DNA of 39,671 nucleotides from Prosthecobacter sp. (GTDB lineage Bacteria > Verrucomicrobiota > Verrucomicrobiia > Verrucomicrobiales > Verrucomicrobiaceae): contig DAORHS010000001.1 of the NCBI GenBank assembly GCA_035438165.1, positions 1 through 39,671 of the forward strand, in the 5' to 3' direction. This document shows, in pieces, positions 1-7,866 of the stretch. Position 1 is the first letter of the stretch. Each line of letters starts with the position of its first letter. The notes under the pieces were generated by a model that saw nothing but the letters and a program-made list of their open reading frames with translations, was not told the DNA's origin and searched no databases. The position numbers and the translations under genes were made by a program.

Positions 1-3000
1 TGGTGAGGGCTTCATCGGGGAAGGTTTTGGTTTGGGTCTGGCCGTTGGTGCCGATGCGGCCGTAGCGGACGGTCATTTCGCAGCCGCTTTGGCCTATCTC
101 CCAGAACTTCTTCGAGCCGGCTTCGATGAACTCGAAGCGCTTCATGCTGGAAGGTGTTGCGGGTGGCGAGCTCGGTCGTGGTGAAGACTCGGGCTCAGGA
201 GCTGGAATGATCTCTGGCGCAGCGGTGGGTTCTTCGATGACTTCTTCCTCTTCGATTTCATTCCGCAGCAGGCGCTCCACGCGCTCAATGACCGCCGCTG
301 GATCATGCCACCAGTCTTTGGCAAGAATCACGAGCACCTGCCAGCCGAAGGCTTTGAGGATGCTCGGCTGGGTGTGGAAGCGTTCCAACACGCCGGTTTG
401 GCCGGTGACATCGAGCAGGAGGCCGACTTGATGCTGCGTGGCTCCTTGGGAGCGCACGGCGACATCGCAGCGGAAGCGGCTCTGGCCGATGTGCGTGTCG
501 GCGTCCCAGCCGCGGGCTTGCAGGGCGGCGGCGATTTGTTTGGCGAGAGCGGCGGAGGTTTGTTCGAGGCTCAAGGCCTGACGTTTGAGTGGATTGAGGC
601 CGTCGAGCACCTGACGAGCGAGAGTGACGTCACCACGCGAGAGGCTTTCGGCGTAGTGGAGGAAATTCTTCAGCGCATTGGCTCCGTCGTTGTAGTCGTT
701 GGTGATGTCGCTGTGACGCAGGCTGCTGAGTAGGACCATGTGCTGGCGGGCACGGCTGAAGATGACATTGAGCCGTTTTTCGCCGCCGCGTTGATTGATG
801 GGGCCGAAGTTCATCAGGATGCGGCCATTCACATCGCGTCCGTAGCAGACGGACATGAGGATGATGTCGCGCTCGTCGCCCTGGATGTTTTCGAGGTTCT
901 TCACGAACAAGCCGCAGAACTGGTCGTCTTCCTCGCGGATGTATTCGGCCTCCAAAAGCGAGGCGAAGGCCGGATCGGTCTCGGCGAGGGAATCGAGTGC
1001 ACTTTCGATCTCGCCTTGCTGAGCCTCGCTGAAGGCGGCGATGCCGATGCTGAGCTTCGTTTCGCTCGAAAGCAGCGTGCGGACGATTTGAGCAATGCTG
1101 GCGGCCTCGCCGGCATTGCGGCGGTTTTCATACGGCATGGCTTCGCAGTGAATGAAACTGATGGGATGGCTCAAAAGCTGCGGAACGAGCGAGGCGGCCT
1201 CTTCGGGTGATTTGATGCGGGTTTCGCTGCTGTCGCGAAGGGCAAGCTGGCGATCCGGGATGGTGTAAAGCTCGCCACCATAGAAGGCGGCGTTGCTGAA
1301 GCTGATGAGCGCCTCGTAGCGACTGCGGTAGTGCCAGGCGAGCAAGGTGCTGGGCAGGTTGCGGGCGCTTTGAGCGAGGAAGCTGTCGGCATCCATGAGC
1401 ACGCTGATTTTTTCGCCCTCCTCTTCGAGCGTGATCTCGTCTTCTTCATCACTGCTGGTGCTGAAGAAACTGGTGGGCGGTAGCTGCATCTCATCGCCAA
1501 CGACGATGACCTGCTGCGCACGATACGCGGCGGGCACGGCCTCCTCGACAGGGATCTGGCTGGCCTCGTCAAAGATGACGACATCAAAGGAAGAGGCATC
1601 CAGCGGCAGCGTGTCGGAGACGGAGAGCGGGCTCATGAGCCAGATGGGCTTCAAATCGCGCACCACCTCACCGCTGTCGCCGGCGGCGAGATCGCGGATA
1701 CTTTTGTAGCGCATCGTTTTGCCAAACTCATGCTCCAGCTCGCGTCGGCCGGTGGTGAAAGTCTTTTTGAAGAGCTTCTGTTCCGGCGTGAGCACGGTGG
1801 CGGATTGATTCGCGAGTTGCACATGCTCCATGAAGCGTTTGCGAGACTGGGAGCGAATCCATCCGGCATTGTGATCGAGCCACTGGCGATGCGATCTGGC
1901 TACGCGGTCGAGTTTTTGCTTCAACACATGCCCGTCGAAGCGCTGCAAGCTGCGGTCGGCGCGATACAGCTCGGCCAGTGATTTCGCAGCGCAGGCGGAC
2001 TCAAGTTGCTCAGCGGTCCAGTCGCGAGTGCGCACGGCGCGGGCGAGTTTTGGCGGAGCGGTGGCGAGATCGCGGAGGGAGGGCAGCAGCTCGGGCAGCG
2101 CGTCCACCTCCTCTAGCATCTCGCGAATGGCGGCGGCGAGGGCAGCGAGGCTGTGGTGCTCCGGTTCATAGAGTGTGCTGCTCAGATCGCGGCGAAGCTG
2201 CGCAAAGCCTGGCGCGAGGGCAGCGAGCATTTCGACGAGAGCCGCTCCTTGCTGGGAGGAGAGCAGTTTTTCGCGAAGGGCGAGCGCGGCAGGCGAGGCA
2301 TCGCTGGCGGAAAGCGTGGCGAGCTGGCTGCGAAGCGTTTCGGGATCGTCGGAGGCAAATTCTTGCTCGCATTGGTCCTTCACGGCTTCCAGTTCGGCAT
2401 TCGCCGCGTGCTCGGCGACGAGTTCAGAGAGCACCTTGGTCCAGGTGGGCTTCACCGCGTGTTTGCTGAAGTCATACGAGGCGTTCAGGACCTTGCGCAG
2501 TCGCCACCAGGCGGGGTTCAGGAAGGAGAGAAAGCCTTGGCGTTTCTCGGCTTGAGCCAAGGCGGAGGCGGTTACGTCGGCAGGCAGCTTATCGCGCCAG
2601 TTCGGGGTCTTCTTTTGCGCGGCGTCGAGAGCTTTGCTCTTCTTGGTGTAATCGGCGCAGAGTTTGGCAAAGGCTCCGCTGGTGCTGCTGTTGGCGTCCA
2701 GCAGGCCAAGGAGATTTTTGCGGGCGAGCGGGAGCAGACGTGTGGTCGAGTCGAGAAGCTGGGCCACCTCATCCAGTGTGTCCCAGTGCTCCATCGGCAG
2801 GCCGGTTTGCTGGAGCGCATCGTCGAGGTCGCTGAGGCGCTGTTCGAGGTCTTCGAGACGTGCGGGAGTGGCTTCGAGGTCATTGAGCCAGCGCAGCGGA
2901 TGTTTGGCGAAAATGGGAGCTGCGCCGAGGTCTTCGAGGGCGTTGGCTAGTCGGAGCACGCTGTCGCCACCTTGCTGCCATTCGGTGTGATCAGGCAATG

Positions 3001-5305
3001 CGTCGTCGAGAGGCGGTTCAGCGGCTTCAAAGCCGTTTCGCAGCTCGATGAGGCGCAACAGCAGCGGATTGGCTGCGGCACTGGATTGGGTGAATTTCTC
3101 CAAAGCAGCCAGTTCGGCCTCCAAAGTGCTCAAAGCGGCATTTCGCTTCGATTCGCTCGCATCGGCGGCGCTGCTCGTGTCGAGCCATTGCTCGTAGGTT
3201 TGCTTCAGATTGAGGATGAACTCCTTCTTATCGGTCTGCGAGTCGTGGATGAGGCAGCACAGCTCATCAAGGCCCTGCTGCCGAAGGCGATGGAAGACGA
3301 CATCAATGGCGGCACGCTTTTCGCAGACAAAGAGCACACGTTTCCCGAGCGCGACATAGTCGGCGATGAGATTCGTGATGGTTTGCGATTTACCAGTGCC
3401 CGGCGGGCCTTGAATGATGAAGCTTTCCCCCGTGCGTGCCCGAGCGATGGCACCAGTCTGTGTGGCGTCCGCCGCGATGATCAGATGCTGCTGCGAGGGT
3501 GGCAAAACGGGGGCCGGCGGTGCCTCGACGGCTTTTGGCTCCAGCGAGAACACGCGGTCAAAGGCGGCATTCGGCAGATCGCTGGCGATGAGCTGCGAGT
3601 AGTCCCGCACGAGCGTCATCTTGCGGTAATTGAAGTTCGCCAGCGTGAGTGAGCAGAGATCAAACTCCCAGGAGTAAGGATTGCCGAGCGAGTCCTCGAC
3701 GATGGAGAAGGTTTTGCGCTCGGTTTCCGCCACCATGTTGAGCTGACGCGGCAGCGGTGGTGCTCCAGCAAGGTCACGCAGCGGCAGCGGTGCGGGCACG
3801 ATCTTCTTTTGGAAGACCTGGAGGCCAAGCGGGCGGAAGTCGGCCTTGTCGTAGCTGTAGTCCACCTTGGCCGCGCTGATGCGGCGGCCACTGCGGGCCA
3901 TGCGACGACGATATTGATCGACGCGCTGCTTGGCCTTTTCGTGAAAGAGCTGAATGCGCGGCTTCTCCGTGAGCGTGAGGCTCACACCGGGCTCGCTGGC
4001 GTGAATCTGCGCCTTCAACTGCTCGTGAAAGGCGGTGAGCGTGGTGCTGCGCAGGTCGATGGTCTCAGGCAGGTCGAGATTGTAGAGCTGCTTCAGGTGG
4101 TGGCGCAGCGCGGGGTTCACCTCGGCTACGGTGTCGCTCGGTTCGAGCGTGTAGTGGTCTTTGACGCCTTTCTTCTTCGTCAGCTCGACCGGCAGAAGCA
4201 GCAACGGCGAGTGAATGCGCTCCTGCGGTGCTTCCTTGAGATTGTGCCAGCGCAGAAAGGTCAGCACGAGACGGAGCTGCGAGAAGCCATACTCCGCGCG
4301 GTCGCGGCGGGCCTCGCTGATAAGCTTGTCGAGCTGCCCCGGCAGATACGGCGCCTCCTCCATGCGCAGCCAGCGGTTCAGCGCGAGCGTGTTCCCTGCG
4401 CTGATGTCCTGCGCGAGTGATTCATGCCAGTAGAGCAGGTCCTCCGGCTTCACATTCCGGTAATCGAGCACGAGCGGCACGCTGGCGATGGTGAGGTTCA
4501 GCGTGGACTGCGTACTCTTGAAGTAGAGCAGCTTGTTGCGCCGCGAGACTTCGAAGAGGCGATCGCGCAGGTGAGTCTGGATGATGGCGCGTTTGTCTTT
4601 CTTGCTGCCTTTTTCCAAGCCTGGCAGCGAGGTGATGTCGATGTCCACCGGCTGATCGCGATACGTCTCCAGCCTGCGGATCAGCGAGGGCAAATCCTGT
4701 GACCGCTTTCCACGATGCAGCTCCGTCATCTCGGTGATGACACTGGCAAGCACGGGATGCAGCCGACGCGAGAGCGCGAAGAGATTCGTGCGCGAGTTGG
4801 CAAACAGCGAGACATCCTCTGCATCCGTAAAATCCAGCCCACAGGCCAAGCTGGCGAGGATAAGACCGAGCGAGAATACGTCGGTGAGTTCGTCGTGATG
4901 ACCGATGACATGTTCCCAGGCCGTGTAGCCCGGCAAATAAACCGGCCGCGTGATTTCGGCGTCTGCACTGCCGACATCGAGGTTCGTGACGTTCTGCGAA
5001 AAGGTGTCGATGTCCGTCTCGCGCTTCGATTCGCCGATGACTTCGAGTCCGCGCGACTGCGTGGCCAGCAACTCACGCAATCGGCTGTCGTTTCGCTCCG
5101 AAGGCACGCCAACAGCCGAAACCAGCCCGAGGGAGCGGTCTTCGATCACCCGAAGGCCAGAAAGACCGCGCAATGGCGCGACATCACCCCTTTCGTGAAT
5201 GGTGAGCACCTCGCGCATCAACGGCAACACGGCGGCAAGCACGTCCTCGGTCTCAAAACCGCCACGGTCGATGCCTTGGTGAAGGAAGGTGGTGAACTCA
5301 CTCAT
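1..5305 (-). CDS. Large multidomain SF1 (UPF1/DNA2-like) helicase: N-terminal kinase-like lobe, DUF4011, AAA_11/AAA_12 helicase, REase-like (MTES_1575/Vsr-like) domain, C-terminal WGR domain; runs off the left edge (>=1768 codons)
   Basis: Not in the ORF track (no stop inside the window). My translation from ATG 5305 (MSEFTTFLHQG...) stays in one frame: LRDRLFEVSRRNKLL (~4570-4526, DUF4011 start), QGPPGTGKSQT (Walker A, GPPGTGKS 3409-3386), FDVVIFDEASQ (~1570), VVGDEMQLPPT, HYRSR, NLENIQGDERD, RLNVIFSRAR, FRCDVAV...GWQVLVILAKDWW, a Pro/Glu linker, then MKRFEFIEAGSKKFWEI...VRYGRIGTNGQTQTKTF (145-1). Confidence 0.9.
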   Translation of the reverse strand, partial: MSEFTTFLHQGIDRGGFETEDVLAAVLPLMREVLTIHERGDVAPLRGLSGLRVIEDRSLGLVSAVGVPSERNDSRLRELLATQSRGLEVIGESKRETDIDTFSQNVTNLDVGSADAEITRPVYLPGYTAWEHVIGHHDELTDVFSLGLILASLACGLDFTDAEDVSLFANSRTNLFALSRRLHPVLASVITEMTELHRGKRSQDLPSLIRRLETYRDQPVDIDITSLPGLEKGSKKDKRAIIQTHLRDRLFEVSRRNKLLYFKSTQSTLNLTIASVPLVLDYRNVKPEDLLYWHESLAQDISAGNTLALNRWLRMEEAPYLPGQLDKLISEARRDRAEYGFSQLRLVLTFLRWHNLKEAPQERIHSPLLLLPVELTKKKGVKDHYTLEPSDTVAEVNPALRHHLKQLYNLDLPETIDLRSTTLTAFHEQLKAQIHASEPGVSLTLTEKPRIQLFHEKAKQRVDQYRRRMARSGRRISAAKVDYSYDKADFRPLGLQVFQKKIVPAPLPLRDLAGAPPLPRQLNMVAETERKTFSIVEDSLGNPYSWEFDLCSLTLANFNYRKMTLVRDYSQLIASDLPNAAFDRVFSLEPKAVEAPPAPVLPPSQQHLIIAADATQTGAIARARTGESFIIQGPPGTGKSQTITNLIADYVALGKRVLFVCEKRAAIDVVFHRLRQQGLDELCCLIHDSQTDKKEFILNLKQTYEQWLDTSSAADASESKRNAALSTLEAELAALEKFTQSSAAANPLLLRLIELRNGFEAAEPPLDDALPDHTEWQQGGDSVLRLANALEDLGAAPIFAKHPLRWLNDLEATPARLEDLEQRLSDLDDALQQTGLPMEHWDTLDEVAQLLDSTTRLLPLARKNLLGLLDANSSTSGAFAKLCADYTKKSKALDAAQKKTPNWRDKLPADVTASALAQAEKRQGFLSFLNPAWWRLRKVLNASYDFSKHAVKPTWTKVLSELVAEHAANAELEAVKDQCEQEFASDDPETLRSQLATLSASDASPAALALREKLLSSQQGAALVEMLAALAPGFAQLRRDLSSTLYEPEHHSLAALAAAIREMLEEVDALPELLPSLRDLATAPPKLARAVRTRDWTAEQLESACAAKSLAELYRADRSLQRFDGHVLKQKLDRVARSHRQWLDHNAGWIRSQSRKRFMEHVQLANQSATVLTPEQKLFKKTFTTGRRELEHEFGKTMRYKSIRDLAAGDSGEVVRDLKPIWLMSPLSVSDTLPLDASSFDVVIFDEASQIPVEEAVPAAYRAQQVIVVGDEMQLPPTSFFSTSSDEEDEITLEEEGEKISVLMDADSFLAQSARNLPSTLLAWHYRSRYEALISFSNAAFYGGELYTIPDRQLALRDSSETRIKSPEEAASLVPQLLSHPISFIHCEAMPYENRRNAGEAASIAQIVRTLLSSETKLSIGIAAFSEAQQGEIESALDSLAETDPAFASLLEAEYIREEDDQFCGLFVKNLENIQGDERDIILMSVCYGRDVNGRILMNFGPINQRGGEKRLNVIFSRARQHMVLLSSLRHSDITNDYNDGANALKNFLHYAESLSRGDVTLARQVLDGLNPLKRQALSLEQTSAALAKQIAAALQARGWDADTHIGQSRFRCDVAVRSQGATQHQVGLLLDVTGQTGVLERFHTQPSILKAFGWQVLVILAKDWWHDPAAVIERVERLLRNEIEEEEVIEEPTAAPEIIPAPEPESSPRPSSPPATPSSMKRFEFIEAGSKKFWEIGQSGCEMTVRYGRIGTNGQTQTKTFPDEALT

Positions 5306-6459
5306 ACCAGCACCTCCTTGAGCTTTTTGAGGTCTTTGGCTTTCATCTTCAGCTCTTTGGTGAGCAGTTTTTCAAAGGCACCGAGGCATTCCAGATCGCG
5401 GGCGAACTCGAGACATCGTGAGATCGGCGGGTCATCGAGATCGGGATCGACGGCGCAGAAGTCGAGCATGAGCTGCGCGAAGTATTCGCGGTGCGAGGTG
5501 GGGCGCTCGGCAAGCTCGGCGATGATGCTGGCATCGGCTGTGGGTTGGAACTCGCGGAAGAAGAGCCGCGCATGAGCCAGAACGGCATCGGTTTGGAACC
5601 AAGAGGGTTCCAGCAGGTGCGCGAGGAAACGACGAGTGAGCGCGGCCATTTCCGACTGTTGCACGAGCGTGAGGTCATCAAGCCCTTCATCGAAATCGAG
5701 CATCTTAGCGATGGTTTCTTCAAGTGATTCGTCCTCTTCGACCCAAAGCTGAAGCGCACGCGCCCGGATGAAGGTCTCGGGATGGGTGAGTTGATCGGTC
5801 TTTGGCTTCGATTTGGAGAAAATCTCCTCTGCTTGAGCGAGGTAGCTTTTGGCGCTCACCTGAGCAAGCCCGGTGGTCGTTTTGACGAGTCCTGCAACGG
5901 CGGTTTCAAGACTGTTCGTCGCCAAGAAGGCTCCACGATCCGCAAACAACTCGGTGGCAAGCCGCCACACGCGCGCACTTTGAGCATGAGCAGGCTCCGC
6001 ACCGGGATGCGAAGCCGCCGAGTGCAGAATGCGGTCCGCCAGATAAAAGGTGCCATCCTCCATCTGCCAGAGGTGATGATGCGCCAGCTCATGCCCGATC
6101 ACTCCGCGCAACTCATCGGTCGAAAGCAGCGAAAGGATTGGCCCCGAGAAAATGACATGCGCCTCGCCTGGAAGGTGGCAGACCGCCGCGTTTGGCGTGG
6201 TGGCGTCCTGCGCCTGATAGGCAAAGACTTGTGCCTGAATCCCAAGCGCCGCACAGGCGGCCGCGATCTCCCGAAAAACCTCTGGATGGGCCTCTGCATC
6301 AAGACGGTAAGTGTCCCGTAGCAGCGACAGTCGAACCTGCTCGGCATCCGTCTCCGTTTTCTCCTTTTCCTCAAACCACCGCCAGACTTCCTTTTCCTCC
6401 CGGCACAGCCATTCGGCAAGGGTGCGGTGTTGGGGGAGAGGGGGGAGGGCCTTTGACAT
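5302..6459 (-). CDS. Soluble M48-family (HtpX/Ste24-like) zinc metallopeptidase with helical C-terminal extension
   Basis: PNAA, ELRGVIGHELAH (HExxH at 6093-6079), ELFADR third ligand and THP..R motifs; no hydrophobic TM stretch; stop TGA overlaps the helicase ATG (ATGA, 5302-5305). ATG 6459 preferred over the track start 6468. Confidence 0.85.
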   Translation of the reverse strand: MSKALPPLPQHRTLAEWLCREEKEVWRWFEEKEKTETDAEQVRLSLLRDTYRLDAEAHPEVFREIAAACAALGIQAQVFAYQAQDATTPNAAVCHLPGEAHVIFSGPILSLLSTDELRGVIGHELAHHHLWQMEDGTFYLADRILHSAASHPGAEPAHAQSARVWRLATELFADRGAFLATNSLETAVAGLVKTTTGLAQVSAKSYLAQAEEIFSKSKPKTDQLTHPETFIRARALQLWVEEDESLEETIAKMLDFDEGLDDLTLVQQSEMAALTRRFLAHLLEPSWFQTDAVLAHARLFFREFQPTADASIIAELAERPTSHREYFAQLMLDFCAVDPDLDDPPISRCLEFARDLECLGAFEKLLTKELKMKAKDLKKLKEVLV

Positions 6460-6554
6460 CAGGGGCAATCAAGCGGGAAGCCCGGAGTCCGTCAATGTCT
6501 CGCCAAGGAATATCACGAAAGAGGCATGTTTCTTTCTCGTTCGCCATTCATCAC

Positions 6555-7817
6555 ATGAGCACCTTCACCTTTCAAAAACACCTCTCCCGCCGCGCCATGC
6601 TGCGCGGGGCGGGCATCACGCTGGGACTTCCTTTGCTGGAGGCGATGACTCCCGCGCTGGCCGCCGTCAAAGAATCGAAACAGGCGAAGCGCTTTGTCGG
6701 GGTGAGCATGTCGCTCGGCCTGCACAATCCGAATCTCGTTCCCGAGGGCGCTGGACGTGACTACAAGCCCTCGCGCTATCTGAAGAGCATCCAGGATCTG
6801 CGGAACGACTTCACTGTCGTGTCCGGCTCCTCGCATCCCGGCGTTACAGGCGGTCACACGGCGGAAGGCAGCATCTATTCGGCCTGTCCGAACGCCCGCG
6901 GTGCCACTTCGCGCAACACGATCTCGCTCGACCAGCTCATGGCGAAGCAATTGGGGCATGAAACGCGCTTTCCGTCCCTCGTGTTGAACACGAATTCACA
7001 GACGAGTCCGAGCTATACCGAGAACGGCTCGATGATTCCCGCCGAAAACAGCGCCATGCGCCTGTTCACGCGCCTGTTCGTCAACGACAACCCCGCCGAG
7101 CAGAAACGACAGGCGGAACTCATCCGCAGCGGGCGCAGCGTGATGGACATCGTCGGGGCGGAGGCAAAATCACTTCAACGCGAACTCGGGGCGGGCGACC
7201 GCGACAAACTCGACGCGTGGTTCACCAGCGTGCGCGATCTCGAGCAGCGTCTCGCCTTGAACGAAGCCTGGACGCACAAGCCGAAGCCGAAAGTCAGCCT
7301 ACAGCCGCCGACCAAAATCCCGCGTGACAACGAAGTCGCCGTGGACGGCATCTTTCTCGACATCATCCACATGGCGCTGGCCACCGACAGCACGCGCTTC
7401 GTCACGCTGCACATCACGGGCAATTCCGTGCAGGGCATCGAAGGAGTGGACGAGAGCTACCACAGTCTCAGCCATCACGGCATGGACGAGGAAAAGCTCG
7501 CGCAGCTTGCCATCGTCGAGCAGGGCGTCATCAACCAGTGGGGCGATTTCCTCCGCAAGCTGAAGACCGACAAACTGCTCGATGAAACGATGGTGCTGCT
7601 CACCTCAAACCTCGGCAACGCCTCCGCGCACGACAACAAGAACATGCCCGTCCTCTTCGCCGGCGGCGGCTTCAAACACGGCCAGCACCTCGCCTTCGAC
7701 CAGAAGAACAACTACCCGCTGCCCAATCTCTACCTCGGCGCCCTGCAGCGTCTCGGACTGGAAGAAGACAAGTTTGCGACCAGCACCGGCACGATGAGCG
7801 GGCTGGAAACGGCCTGA
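6555..7817 (+). CDS. DUF1552 family protein (Tat-like signal)
   Basis: MSTFTFQKHLSRRAMLRGAGITLGLPLLEAM N-terminus, ISLDQ, YHSLSHH, GGGFKHGQH and NLY motifs; start at ATG 6555 rather than the track start 6192, which would overlap the M48 gene. Confidence 0.88.
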   Translation: MSTFTFQKHLSRRAMLRGAGITLGLPLLEAMTPALAAVKESKQAKRFVGVSMSLGLHNPNLVPEGAGRDYKPSRYLKSIQDLRNDFTVVSGSSHPGVTGGHTAEGSIYSACPNARGATSRNTISLDQLMAKQLGHETRFPSLVLNTNSQTSPSYTENGSMIPAENSAMRLFTRLFVNDNPAEQKRQAELIRSGRSVMDIVGAEAKSLQRELGAGDRDKLDAWFTSVRDLEQRLALNEAWTHKPKPKVSLQPPTKIPRDNEVAVDGIFLDIIHMALATDSTRFVTLHITGNSVQGIEGVDESYHSLSHHGMDEEKLAQLAIVEQGVINQWGDFLRKLKTDKLLDETMVLLTSNLGNASAHDNKNMPVLFAGGGFKHGQHLAFDQKNNYPLPNLYLGALQRLGLEEDKFATSTGTMSGLETA

Positions 7818-7866
7818 TTGATTCGCCGGTCAGATTTCACGGGTCAGGTCCGTTGAATGCCCGCTC

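Noticed and set aside
126-5575. Many plus-strand ORFs (e.g. 2153-2950, 2972-3652, 4715-5575)
   Set aside because: Antisense shadows of the motif-rich helicase and peptidase genes; no recognisable motifs.
6192-6554. 121-aa N-terminal extension of DUF1552 in the ORF track
   Set aside because: Overlaps the opposite-strand M48 gene; the family N-terminus begins at 6555.
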